A stretch of 64,000 nucleotides of DNA from Candidatus Flemingiibacterium sp. (lineage in GTDB: Bacteria > Bacillota > Clostridia > Oscillospirales > CAG-272): contig JAZQXA010000097.1 of the NCBI GenBank assembly GCA_045632605.1, positions 18,020-82,019 on the forward strand, given 5' to 3'. The notes beneath the pieces were generated by a model. It saw only the letters and a list, made by a program, of their open reading frames with translations. It had not been told where the DNA came from and ran no database searches. Below are positions 54,921-64,000 of the stretch, piece after piece (the stretch's first letter is position 1; each line of letters starts with the position of its first letter). Position numbers and translations under genes: made by a program.

Positions 54921-56522
54921 TCATTTATGCAGGACGGGAGTTTCGTCCATTGTGAGCTTATATTCGAGAGCATCGGCAAGGGCGATGAAGCTTGCCTCGA
55001 TGATATCGTGTGAAACACCGACTGTTGTCCATACACGGTGTGAGTCGGTTGATTCAATTAAAACACGAACCTTTGCTGCTGTGGTCGAGTTGGCTTCCAA
55101 AACGCGCACCTTGAAGTCGGTAAGCTTAACCTCGGAAAGAACGGGGTAAAATACAGTGAGAGCTCGTTTTAATGCGATATCGAGAGCGTTTACGGGACCG
55201 TTTCCGAGTGATGCGGTGGTTTCTGTACGTCCGCCGACCTCGACCTGCACCATTGCCGAGGATTGCAGCTTTCCGTCTGTTGATGGGAAATCATCAGTGG
55301 TTTTATAAAGGACAACATCAAAATGAGGCTTATAATCACAGACAAGCTTTCTGATTAGCAACTCAAAGCTGGCATCTGCGGCTTCAAATTGGTATCCCTC
55401 ATGCTCAAGCTCTTTTAGCTTTTCAGTGATAAGCGCTGTTTCGGGCGATGTACGTTCAAGACTTGGTATAACCTGACGGGCAAGTTCAGCTACGGTTGTC
55501 CGTCCAGAAACTTCAGAGGCGAGCAGTCTGCGCTTATTTCCGACGAGTTTCGGAGAAATATGCTCATATGCACCGTCGAGCTTTTCAATTGCATCAATAT
55601 GCATTCCACCCTTGTGAGCGAAGGCGGATTTTCCGGTATACGGCTTTGTCGGGCGGACAGCAACATTTGAAATATCGGAGATTCTTCGTGCAGTTTCCAT
55701 TAGTGAAGCGAGCTTTACCGAGGAATCTCTGCCGCACTGCATATTATATTTGAGGGTAAGATTCGGAATTATAACACTCAAATCACAGTTTCCGCATCGT
55801 TCACCGATTCCGGTGAATGTGCCCTGAACCATAGATGCGCCGGATTTTATAGCAGACATCGCTGAGGCAACGGCAAGCCCGGAGTCGTCATGAGTATGTA
55901 TGCCAATACGCTTGCCGGGGAATTCTTTGCAGATGAGAGCGGTGATTTCAGCAATATTTTCGGGAAGGGTACCGCCGTTTGTGTCGCAGAGTGTAACACA
56001 GTCTGCACCGCCGTCAAATGCAGCTTTTATTACTGCAAGTGCGTGCTCGGCATTGTATGCATATCCGTCGAAGAAGTGCTCCGCATCGAAAATGACTTCA
56101 TCAAGGCGCGGTTTCAGATATTCAATTGTAGTTGCAACAAGCTCAAGATTTTCAGCTTCGCTTATGCCAAGTACACGCTCGGCATGAAGCAGATGCGCTT
56201 TTCCGAAAACGGTTACGCACGGAGTGCCTGCACCGAGAAGTGCGGCAAGGTTCGGGTCGTTTTCAGGAGAAAGATTTTTTCGGTGTGTCGAGCCGAAAGC
56301 GCATAGCTTCGATTTGACGAGCGAAAGGGAACGAACACGCTCGAAAAATTCTGTGTCCTTCGGATTTGAACCCGGGATTCCGGCTTCAATGTAATCAACG
56401 CCGAATTCGTCAAGAGCCTTTATTATATGCAGTTTATCTCGAACAGAGTAGGATATTCCTTCACCTTGTGCGCCGTCGCGCAGAGTGGAGTCGAAAATTT
56501 CAACGATGCGATTGTTTGGCAT
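54921..56522 (-). CDS. cimA: Citramalate synthase (2-isopropylmalate synthase family)
   Basis: 533 aa. N-terminal DSTLRDGAQGEGISYS, HTHDDSGLAVA, and the length and C-terminal LeuA-dimer-like domain typical of CimA-type enzymes. Confidence 0.75.
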   Translation of the reverse strand: MPNNRIVEIFDSTLRDGAQGEGISYSVRDKLHIIKALDEFGVDYIEAGIPGSNPKDTEFFERVRSLSLVKSKLCAFGSTHRKNLSPENDPNLAALLGAGTPCVTVFGKAHLLHAERVLGISEAENLELVATTIEYLKPRLDEVIFDAEHFFDGYAYNAEHALAVIKAAFDGGADCVTLCDTNGGTLPENIAEITALICKEFPGKRIGIHTHDDSGLAVASAMSAIKSGASMVQGTFTGIGERCGNCDLSVIIPNLTLKYNMQCGRDSSVKLASLMETARRISDISNVAVRPTKPYTGKSAFAHKGGMHIDAIEKLDGAYEHISPKLVGNKRRLLASEVSGRTTVAELARQVIPSLERTSPETALITEKLKELEHEGYQFEAADASFELLIRKLVCDYKPHFDVVLYKTTDDFPSTDGKLQSSAMVQVEVGGRTETTASLGNGPVNALDIALKRALTVFYPVLSEVKLTDFKVRVLEANSTTAAKVRVLIESTDSHRVWTTVGVSHDIIEASFIALADALEYKLTMDETPVLHK

Positions 56523-56557
56523 GGCTGAGTCCTCACATGAAATTAATAGTTATCAAT

Positions 56558-56586
56558 ATTATAATATACATTTTCAAAATTGTCAA
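56558..56586 (-). promoter_or_regulatory. Consensus promoter of cimA
   Basis: On the minus strand: TTGACA (56586-56581), 17-nt spacer, TATAAT (56563-56558). Confidence 0.65.
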
Positions 56587-56751
56587 GAGCGAGAGAAATT
56601 TACGAAATTTTTACACAGAACACCTTACAAAAAATACATAAAAATAGTATGATTATGATGTATTATAATAAATTTTGTTAACACGCTTTTAAAAGACGGC
56701 AGGAAACTGCAAAAAGCGATACCGTGAAATGCGGTCTGATGGAGGGATTTT

Positions 56752-57435
56752 ATGATATTTATCGTTGAAGATGATGAGAACATCCGAGAAATGGAGAGCT
56801 ATGCGCTCAAAAACAGCGGATACGATGTTCGCGGATTTGCTGACGGAGTGGCACTTTTCGCCGCTCTTGAGGAAGAACTTCCAAGACTTATTCTGCTCGA
56901 CATCATGCTTCCGGGTGAGGACGGTCTTGCGCTTCTCAGAAAGCTTCGCTCGGATGACAGAACAAGAAAAATTCCGATAATGATGGTTACGGCAAAGACA
57001 ACCGAGCTTGACAAGGTGCGCGGACTCGACATGGGTGCTGACGACTATCTTGCAAAGCCTTTCGGAATCATGGAGCTTGTTTCAAGAGTGAAAGCTTTGC
57101 TCAGACGTACGGAATCCGCAGAAAAAACGGAGCCTGCAAAACGCTCTGTTTATGAATACTGCGGCATTATCATGGACGATTCTTCACGGCGTGTAACTTC
57201 ATGCGGCGAGGACGTTGACCTTACTTATAAGGAGTATGAGCTTTTAAAATATCTTCTTCTTAATATCAATATCGTAATGAGCCGCGACAGACTTCTTTCC
57301 GAGGTTTGGGGCTATGACTATGAGGGCGAATCGCGTACGGTTGATATGCACATAAAAACTCTGCGCCAGAAGCTTGGTGCTTTGGGCGGTGCGATAAAGA
57401 CCGTTCGAAGTGTCGGTTACAAGCTTGGTGACTGA
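56752..57435 (+). CDS. OmpR/PhoB-family response regulator (PhoP-like)
   Basis: 227 aa. Receiver domain with phospho-acceptor context LILLDIMLPGEDG, and a C-terminal winged-helix (VDMHIKTLRQKL ... IKTVRSVGYKL). Confidence 0.9.
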   Translation: MIFIVEDDENIREMESYALKNSGYDVRGFADGVALFAALEEELPRLILLDIMLPGEDGLALLRKLRSDDRTRKIPIMMVTAKTTELDKVRGLDMGADDYLAKPFGIMELVSRVKALLRRTESAEKTEPAKRSVYEYCGIIMDDSSRRVTSCGEDVDLTYKEYELLKYLLLNINIVMSRDRLLSEVWGYDYEGESRTVDMHIKTLRQKLGALGGAIKTVRSVGYKLGD

Positions 57436-57442
57436 TAAAGCC

Positions 57443-58840
57443 ATGAAGAATAAAATACTTCGCACGATTATACTGACGGCTGTTATTTCATATATTATCG
57501 GGCTGTCATTTTCGTGGATAGCATCGGCGATACTTACGCTGACAGTTGGTGATATCGAAGATTTTACCGCTGTGATTATTTTTGCATTACCTCTTCTTGT
57601 TGCTCTTGGGGCTGTTATAATTGGCTCTCATATGGCGTCATCACACATTTCACAAAGTATGCAAAGGGAATACTACAATATGTCTGTTCCCGGAGCTTGC
57701 GAAACGGAGAAATATCCGGAGCTTACGCCTTTTTTTGAGATGTTAAACGCACAGCAAAGAGAAATCGAAAAACAGCTTGCGAGAGTTGCAAAGGAGAAGA
57801 ACCGTCTTTCTACTATAATTAATAATATGGATGAGGGGCTTATAATTCTCGACAACGACCTTCGTGTTATTATGCTCAATGAGAGCGCATATTCATGGCT
57901 TGGCTCGCCGGTTCAACGGTCTGAATGTGCCGGCAGACATATAAGCGAGATATGTGTTAGCAGCGAAATATGTGAATGCATTGAAAGGGCAGATTCTGTG
58001 AATCTTATGCTCGGCGGACGTAATCTCCAGCTTCATGTGAATCATGTTGTGTCAAGTGCGGAGCAGGTTGGACGTATCGGACTTTTGCTCGACCTTACCG
58101 AACGCTCTGAAATTGACCGCATAAAGCAGGAGTTTACCGCAAATGTTTCACATGAGCTTAAAACGCCGCTGACCTCGATTTCCGGTTATGCAGAGCTTAT
58201 TGAATCGGGTATGGCGCAAGGGGCTGATGCACCCGTGTTTGCAGGACGAATCAGAAAAGAAAGTCAGCGTATGCTTGCGCTGATTTCCGATATAATCAAG
58301 CTTTCAAAGCTCGACGAGGCGCCGGATGGCGAAAATGTTGAGACTGTTGACCTCTTAAGGGTTGCACACGAATGCCGCGATATGCTCGAAATGAGTGCCA
58401 ATCAGCACGATGTTACAATTAATGTTGAGGGCGAGCGCAGTGAAATTTCCGGTGTTGCCACTGAACTTACCGAGCTTTTATATAATCTTATCGACAATGG
58501 TATACGATACAATCGCAAAAACGGTGAGGTTAACGTGAAAATTACATCACCGGCACACGGTGTCGGCGATGCTATCGCAATAATTACCGTTGCCGATACC
58601 GGTATCGGTATTGCAGACGAGCATCAGGGACGAGTATTTGAGCGATTCTACCGAGTTGATAAATCGCGCTCTAAAGCAACGGGGGGGACGGGTCTTGGAC
58701 TGGCCATTGTAAAGCACGTTGCCGAAAGACACAACGCAAAGATTTTTCTCGACAGCCGTATCGGCGAGGGAACAACGGTGCGTGTGGAATTTTATGGAAT
58801 GAATATTGAAAAAAATAATTTGGGAGATAAGTTTAGATGA
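57443..58840 (+). CDS. Sensor histidine kinase (PhoR-like: 2 TM, PAS, HisKA, HATPase)
   Basis: ORF 57410..58840 overlaps the regulator gene, so I moved the start to ATG 57443 (MKNKILR). H-box FTANVSHELKTPLTSI, N-box DNGIRYN, G-boxes DTGIGI and GGTGLGLAIV. Confidence 0.9.
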   Translation: MKNKILRTIILTAVISYIIGLSFSWIASAILTLTVGDIEDFTAVIIFALPLLVALGAVIIGSHMASSHISQSMQREYYNMSVPGACETEKYPELTPFFEMLNAQQREIEKQLARVAKEKNRLSTIINNMDEGLIILDNDLRVIMLNESAYSWLGSPVQRSECAGRHISEICVSSEICECIERADSVNLMLGGRNLQLHVNHVVSSAEQVGRIGLLLDLTERSEIDRIKQEFTANVSHELKTPLTSISGYAELIESGMAQGADAPVFAGRIRKESQRMLALISDIIKLSKLDEAPDGENVETVDLLRVAHECRDMLEMSANQHDVTINVEGERSEISGVATELTELLYNLIDNGIRYNRKNGEVNVKITSPAHGVGDAIAIITVADTGIGIADEHQGRVFERFYRVDKSRSKATGGTGLGLAIVKHVAERHNAKIFLDSRIGEGTTVRVEFYGMNIEKNNLGDKFR

Positions 58841-60714
58841 ACAAATCACGCTTAAAGAAAATTTCGGTTTTAGTTTTAACCTTGATGTTTGCCGCGATTT
58901 TTGCAGTATGCGTTTCTGCTGACGGTGATGCTGTCGTAAACGACGGAAAATTGGACATTTTCAATTTTCTTAAGCTGTTTGGTGGCGTTGCACTTTTCCT
59001 TTTTGGTATGGATTATATGGGCAAGGGACTCGAAAAAAGTGCCGGAAGCTCGCTTGAACGTATTCTCGAAAGACTCACCAGCAATCCTATAAAGGGTGTT
59101 CTGCTCGGTGCTATAGTAACTGCGGTTATTCAATCGTCCGGTGCAACAACGGTCATGGTTGTCGGTTTCGTTAACTCCGGAATCATGAAGCTCACACAGG
59201 CTATCGGTATCATCATGGGTGCAAACATCGGTACTACAGCGACCGCATGGATACTTACTCTCGCAGGCGGCGATGGCGGCGGAGCATGGTATATCGAAAT
59301 ATTCAAGGCAAGCAATCTTGCGGCGATATCGGCGTTTGTCGGCATTCTCATGATTATGATCTGCAAGAACAGTCGCAAAAAGGATATCGGTGGTATTTTC
59401 ATAGGCTTTGCTGTACTTATGTTCGGTATGACTATGATGACAGATGCACTTGCTCCTCTCAAATATAATCAGGGCTTTGCTGAAATTCTCGCACTCTTTA
59501 CAAATCCCGTCCTCGGTATTCTCGCAGGTGCGATAATTACAACTATTATGCAGTCATCGTCTGCTTCTGTCGGTATCATGCAGGCAATTTCTGCAACCGG
59601 AGCACTCTCATTCGGCGCGGCAATTCCGATGATTATGGGACAGAATATCGGAAGCACGACTACAGCAATGATTTCGACCATCGGTGCCGGAAAAAATGCA
59701 AAGCGTACTGCGGCGGTTCATTTCTACTTCAATGTAATCGGAACTGCAATATTCCTCATTGCTTACTATACGCTTGATGCGATTTTTGATTTCGGACTTG
59801 ATAAGGTACAGATTAATTCCACAACGATTGCGATAACTCATACTTTATTTAATATATCAACGACTATTTTGCTGCTTCCGTTCTATAAGCTTCTCGGAAA
59901 GCTTGCAGAGCTCACTATACGTGATTCTGCAGATAAAGTACAGATTAATGCGACAGATGACCATCCGCTTTTAGACGAGCGCTTTCTCCAGACTCCCTCG
60001 TTTGCGCTTGAACAGTGTGTAACCGTAATGAGCAAAATGGCAGAGTTGTCGGTTGACAGTATCAATATGGCGATGGATCTCGTTGAAAAGTATACCGACG
60101 ACGAGGGCGATGAAATTCGTGCGATTGAAAATGAGGTTGATAAGTATGAGGACAGACTCGGTACTTATCTTGTCAAGCTGTCCTCGAAGAATCTTTCAAT
60201 TGAAGATTCCAAAACCGCTACACGTCTTCTCCATAATATAGGCGACCTTGAGCGTATCAGCGACCATGCGGTTAACATTCAGGAAGCCGCAAAGGAAATG
60301 AGCGAAAAGGGAATTACGTTTTCACCGGAAGCACAAAATGAGCTTCGCATAATTTCGATGGCTCTTTCGGAAATTCTTACCCTCACAGTGGATGCTCTTA
60401 TCAGAAACGATCTTCATGCTGCAACTCATGTTGAACCGCTTGAGCAGGTTATTGATGACCTTAAAGATAAAATCCGCGAAAAGCACATCGACCGTCTGCA
60501 GGGCGGAAAGTGTACCATTGAGCTTGGCTTCATACTCTCTGATCTGCTTACAAATTACGAGCGTGTATCCGACCATTGCTCCAACATTGCTGCTTGTATG
60601 ATAAAGGCGGCAGAGCAGTCTTACGATATGCACAAATATCTGTCTGATCTCAAGAGCGAGCACTCTTTCATGGACGAATACCGTGCTTGTTCGGCAAAGT
60701 ATGCCATAGATTAA
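58837..60714 (+). CDS. Na/Pi cotransporter family protein with C-terminal PhoU-like domains
   Basis: 625 aa. The ATGA start overlaps the kinase stop. N-terminal NptA-type membrane domain (QSSGATTVMVVGF, QSSSASVGIMQA). The C-terminal helical repeats end in ERISDHAVNI and ERVSDHCSNI (PhoU-like). Confidence 0.85.
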   Translation: MNKSRLKKISVLVLTLMFAAIFAVCVSADGDAVVNDGKLDIFNFLKLFGGVALFLFGMDYMGKGLEKSAGSSLERILERLTSNPIKGVLLGAIVTAVIQSSGATTVMVVGFVNSGIMKLTQAIGIIMGANIGTTATAWILTLAGGDGGGAWYIEIFKASNLAAISAFVGILMIMICKNSRKKDIGGIFIGFAVLMFGMTMMTDALAPLKYNQGFAEILALFTNPVLGILAGAIITTIMQSSSASVGIMQAISATGALSFGAAIPMIMGQNIGSTTTAMISTIGAGKNAKRTAAVHFYFNVIGTAIFLIAYYTLDAIFDFGLDKVQINSTTIAITHTLFNISTTILLLPFYKLLGKLAELTIRDSADKVQINATDDHPLLDERFLQTPSFALEQCVTVMSKMAELSVDSINMAMDLVEKYTDDEGDEIRAIENEVDKYEDRLGTYLVKLSSKNLSIEDSKTATRLLHNIGDLERISDHAVNIQEAAKEMSEKGITFSPEAQNELRIISMALSEILTLTVDALIRNDLHAATHVEPLEQVIDDLKDKIREKHIDRLQGGKCTIELGFILSDLLTNYERVSDHCSNIAACMIKAAEQSYDMHKYLSDLKSEHSFMDEYRACSAKYAID

Positions 60715-61395
60715 TTATTCAACTGAAAATATCAGATCTGAAACGGTTACGAATTCGTAACCGTTTTCTATTAGTTTCGGAATAAATTGCCGCAGAGCAT
60801 CGGGGGTTGGACTTTCGCCACCGATGAAATCATGACAGAGAATAATCGAACCGGATTCGGTGTTGTTAAGCACCGTTTCGACAATTTTATCTGTTGGAGT
60901 ATGCGCCCAGTCACGAGTGTCAACTGTCCAGAGTATTACTTCGTAGTCGAGCTTCCCGGCAACACGCAATAGATTTTCGCCGTATTTTCCCTCAGGTGGA
61001 CGTAAAAGTGTAGGTCGGTATTCAGCAAGTTCATATAAAAATTCTTCTGTAGCTGAAATTTCATCTTCAAGTGATTTGTCGGATAACAGCGTGAGATGTG
61101 CGTGTGACCATGTGTGACTTGCAACCTCGTGTCCCTCTGATATTTCGCGGAGAATAATGTCAGGGTACCTTTCGGCAAGCTGTCCGACGACGAAGAATGT
61201 TGCCTTGATATTATACTCTTTCAGAATATCGAGAATTTCAGCAGTGTATTTATAGTGCGGTCCGTCGTCGAATGTCAGGGCGATACGTTTTTCGGCGTTT
61301 TCACAGGAAAAATACACATCTGCCATCTGTTCATCCGCACGAAGCGGCAGGAGTACGAGCAGTACTGCAAACAGTGAAATTATTAGCCGCCGCAT
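60715..61395 (-). CDS. Polysaccharide deacetylase (NodB homology domain), secreted
   Basis: 226 aa with a signal peptide. NodB motifs LTFDDGPH and HTWSH. Confidence 0.85.
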   Translation of the reverse strand: MRRLIISLFAVLLVLLPLRADEQMADVYFSCENAEKRIALTFDDGPHYKYTAEILDILKEYNIKATFFVVGQLAERYPDIILREISEGHEVASHTWSHAHLTLLSDKSLEDEISATEEFLYELAEYRPTLLRPPEGKYGENLLRVAGKLDYEVILWTVDTRDWAHTPTDKIVETVLNNTESGSIILCHDFIGGESPTPDALRQFIPKLIENGYEFVTVSDLIFSVE

Positions 61396-62159
61396 AATTC
61401 ACTAACTGAGGCAAAGCGATAGCCGTGTGACTCGAGTATGGTCAAAAATTCATCGAGTATTGTTGCATTGGTTTCGGATGTCGGATGCAGTAAGAGAATT
61501 TCGCCGTTATGCAGGCGGTCAGTCAGCTTTTTTAATGCAGATGCGGGGCTTGGCTGATTTTTGTTGTCCCAATCGGCGTATGCACAGCTCCAGAAAACTG
61601 TTTTATATCCCATGTCCGACAAAATTTCCATGTTTGATTTTGAGAAGCATCCTTCCGGCGGACGGTAGAGCTTTGCCATAGTGCCGCCGGTCAAATCGGT
61701 GCAGAGTTTTTCGAGCCCGTAAAGCTCACTCTCAAATGCTGCACGGTCGGCGCTTGACATATTTTTATGCGACATTGTGTGATTAGCGACAGTGTGTCCC
61801 TCGTCAAACATTCGCTTTACAAGATCGGTATTGCCTGTTATAACGTGCTCGAGGATGAAAAATGTTCCGGGAGCGTTGTGCTTTTTTAATATATCGAGAG
61901 TTTTTGTAACGTTGCCGTTTTCGTATCCGACGTCGAATGTGAGGTAGATTACCTTGTCTGCAGAGTCGTCGCCGTGGAGCCGGTCAATATATATGCCCCC
62001 ATAATCTTCAATGAATGAAAATTCATTCGGAATCGGCGGCTGGGTGTGCGCGCTGTTATATTTGCAGTACCAGCGAAGCTCGTTTGTTTCTGCTCCGAGG
62101 GGCAAGATAAATGTCAGCAAAAGCAAAATGCTTGCGGTTGTTTTTATGATTTTTTTCAA
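61383..62159 (-). CDS. Polysaccharide deacetylase, PdaA-like (delta-lactam-biosynthetic de-N-acetylase type)
   Basis: 258 aa with a signal peptide. YLTFDVGYENGNVTKTLDILKKHNAPGTFF and ANHTMSH resemble B. subtilis PdaA blocks as I remember them. Confidence 0.75.
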   Translation of the reverse strand: MKKIIKTTASILLLLTFILPLGAETNELRWYCKYNSAHTQPPIPNEFSFIEDYGGIYIDRLHGDDSADKVIYLTFDVGYENGNVTKTLDILKKHNAPGTFFILEHVITGNTDLVKRMFDEGHTVANHTMSHKNMSSADRAAFESELYGLEKLCTDLTGGTMAKLYRPPEGCFSKSNMEILSDMGYKTVFWSCAYADWDNKNQPSPASALKKLTDRLHNGEILLLHPTSETNATILDEFLTILESHGYRFASVSELCGG

Positions 62160-62394
62160 AATTATCAGTCCTTTCTGATGACAGATTCTGTATGCATCGG
62201 TGTATGTCGAAATTCACATTGCAGCATAATATAATTTACTCAACTTTTTTAAAAAATAACCTTGATTTTTCTGCGCCGATAGGGTATAATATAATATAGT
62301 ATTCAAAAGCTTCCTGGAAAGCGAAAATTTTGCATAAACTGCGGCTGTATACACGGTTTTTATACATATTTATGACTTTTGAATAAAAGAATTT

Positions 62395-62465
62395 GATGAA
62401 TAATTATACATCTTATGCATCTAAAGACTTGAATTTATGCATTTGAAGGTGTATAATATATGCAT
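62395..62465 (+). promoter_or_regulatory. argG promoter with an overlapping candidate ArgR/AhrC operator array
   Basis: -35 TTGAAT (62429-62434), 17-nt spacer, -10 TATAAT (62452-62457). An ARG-box-like 18-mer GATGAATAATTATACATC lies at 62395-62412. ATGCAT cores lie at 62415, 62437 and 62460, spaced 22 and 23 bp. Confidence 0.5.
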
Positions 62466-62496
62466 AAATAAAAAACACAAAAAAGAGGTACATATC

Positions 62497-63720
62497 ATGG
62501 ATAAGAAAAACATTAAAAAAGTAGTTCTTGCATATTCGGGCGGACTTGATACTTCTATTATCATTCCGTGGCTGAAAGAAAACTATAACAACTGCGAGGT
62601 TATCGCTGTTTCCGGTGACGTTGGTCAGGGAACCGAGCTTGACGGTCTTGAAGAAAAGGCTATAAAGACCGGTGCTTCCAAGCTTTATATCGAAGACTTA
62701 AAGCAGGATTATATCGAAAATTACATCTGGCCCTGCCTTAAGGCTGATGCAAAATATGAGGATTATCTGCTCGGTACTTCTCACGCTCGTCCCTGCATTG
62801 CAAAGCGACTTGTTGAGATCGCACTTGCTGAAGGTGCAGATGCAATCTGCCATGGCTGTACCGGTAAGGGTAACGTCCAGGTTCGTTTCGAGCTTACTAT
62901 AAAGGCGTTTGCTCCCGATATGGCAATTATAGCTCCCTGGCGTGAGTGGGATATCAAGTCCCGTGACGAGGAGATTGACTATGCGGAAGCACACAACATT
63001 CCTCTTAAAATAAACCGTGAAACCAACTACAGTAAGGACAAGAACCTCTGGCATCTTTCGCATGAAGGTCTTGACCTCGAATCTCCTGCAAACGAGCCGC
63101 AGTACAATAAGGAAGGCTTCCTTGAACTCGGTGTATCGCCCGAGCAGGCTCCCGATAAGCCCACTTATGTAACCATCCACTTTGAAAAGGGTGTTCCCAC
63201 AGCAATCGACGGCAAGGCAATGGGTGCTGTTGAGCTTGTTACCGCTCTTAATGAAATTGGCGGTGCAAACGGCATCGGTCTTCTTGATATCGTAGAAAAC
63301 CGTCTTGTCGGTATGAAGAGCCGCGGTGTTTATGAAACTCCCGCAGGAACAATACTCTATAAGGCTCACAATGTTCTCGAAACAATCTGCCTTGATAAAG
63401 AAACATTCCACTTTATGCAGGCTCAGATCGCTCCGAAGATGGCTGACCTTACATACAACGGTCAGTGGTTTACACCTTTACGTGAGGCACTCTGCGCATT
63501 CGTAGACAAGGTTAACGAAACTGTTACCGGTGACGTTACTCTGAAGCTCTATAAGGGCAATATCATCAATGCCGGCGTAACCTCTCCGTATACCCTCTAT
63601 GATGAGCAGACCGCATCCTTCGGCGAGGATGAGGATTACAACCAGGCTGATGCGGCAGGATTTATCAATCTGTTCGGTCTGCCGATAAAGGTTAAGGCAA
63701 AGCTCGACTCCAAGAGATAA
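62497..63720 (+). CDS. argG: Argininosuccinate synthase
   Basis: ORF 62437..63720 runs through the promoter, so I moved the start to ATG 62497 ([20 protein letters not shown]), which follows AGAGG. PP-loop AYSGGLDTS and [13 protein letters not shown]. Confidence 0.95.
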   Translation: MDKKNIKKVVLAYSGGLDTSIIIPWLKENYNNCEVIAVSGDVGQGTELDGLEEKAIKTGASKLYIEDLKQDYIENYIWPCLKADAKYEDYLLGTSHARPCIAKRLVEIALAEGADAICHGCTGKGNVQVRFELTIKAFAPDMAIIAPWREWDIKSRDEEIDYAEAHNIPLKINRETNYSKDKNLWHLSHEGLDLESPANEPQYNKEGFLELGVSPEQAPDKPTYVTIHFEKGVPTAIDGKAMGAVELVTALNEIGGANGIGLLDIVENRLVGMKSRGVYETPAGTILYKAHNVLETICLDKETFHFMQAQIAPKMADLTYNGQWFTPLREALCAFVDKVNETVTGDVTLKLYKGNIINAGVTSPYTLYDEQTASFGEDEDYNQADAAGFINLFGLPIKVKAKLDSKR

Positions 63721-63747
63721 TTTATAATTTACGCAAAAACCAATACC

Positions 63748-63790
63748 GCTTGGGAGGAGAATATCTTCTCCCAAGCATACGTTTTTTATT
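63748..63790 (+). terminator. Hairpin plus T-run between argG and argH (partial terminator?)
   Basis: Stem GCTTGGGAG (63748-63756) pairs with CTCCCAAGC (63768-63776), followed by ATACGTTTTTTATT. Confidence 0.55.
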
Positions 63791-63833
63791 ATAACATAAC
63801 GAAAGGATGCAGGAGATTCCTGCTTTGTGATTT

Positions 63834-64000
63834 ATGAAACTCTGGCAAGGACGCTTTAAAAAAGATGTCGATTCACGCGTTAACGACTTTAATTCTTCAA
63901 TCTCCTTTGACGGACGTATGTACCGTCAGGACATAACCGGTTCAATTGCACACGCCACAATGCTCGGTGAGTGCGGAATTATTGAAAAGAGCGAATCGGA
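63834..64000 (+). CDS. argH: Argininosuccinate lyase, N-terminal part (3' end outside window)
   Basis: This ORF is absent from the ORF track because it has no stop inside the window. Translation from ATG 63834 gives [44 protein letters not shown], the classic ArgH N-terminus. Confidence 0.85.
   Translation, partial: MKLWQGRFKKDVDSRVNDFNSSISFDGRMYRQDITGSIAHATMLGECGIIEKSES

Noticed and set aside
62698-63411. 237-aa minus-strand ORF inside argG
   Set aside because: It is antisense to a conserved gene, with no signals. I treat it as a shadow ORF. The same reasoning applies to 2783..3577 (+), 1703..2209 (+), 33464..33997 (-) and the many shorter overlapping ORFs in the track.
1-64000. Mobile elements, prophage, defence islands, CRISPR-Cas, toxin-antitoxin pairs, tRNA/rRNA genes
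   Set aside because: I looked for integrase, transposase, recombinase, nuclease and helicase motifs, terminal inverted repeats, direct-repeat arrays and tRNA-like cloverleaf segments in the intergenic regions. I found none that I could support.

Overview
This is a 64-kb chromosomal window from a Gram-positive, Clostridia-like genome. Supporting signs are a T-box leader, HprK, an SLH-anchored surface protein, SleB/PdaA-type spore-cortex enzymes and strong GGAGG ribosome-binding sites. I call 54 protein-coding genes, two of them truncated by the window edges, plus one T-box riboswitch, one long structured leader, and several near-consensus sigma-A promoters and intrinsic terminators. I saw no rRNA, tRNA, CRISPR array, transposase, integrase or phage gene. 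Most of the window is housekeeping: radA (3' part), mnmM, valS, a BMP-type nucleoside ABC importer, prs, ftsK, mltG, nadE, hprK, galE/galM, prfA, tsaC, a topoisomerase A subunit, cimA, a PhoPR-like pair with a Na/Pi transporter, and argG/argH. Two regions look accessory. The first (1.6-8.1 kb) is a minus-strand cluster of oxidoreductase, TIM-barrel enzyme, oxidoreductase and amidohydrolase genes with two tandem AraC paralogs. The second (8.3-16.0 kb) looks like a six-gene plus-strand operon. Its core is two ABC half-exporters with paralogous cytoplasmic N-terminal domains, each ending in a 4-Cys zinc ribbon, flanking a DUF1854-like soluble protein. That core is my best candidate for an uncharacterised system. 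Other points worth checking are a ~200-nt leader (riboswitch-like or uORF) ahead of a CNNM/CorC transporter, a ~730-bp AT-rich non-coding stretch, a naturally split TauE/TSUP permease, an orphan small gene with repeated motifs, and a Shine-Dalgarno/hairpin/start arrangement at hprK. All family assignments come from motif recognition by eye. No database search was run.
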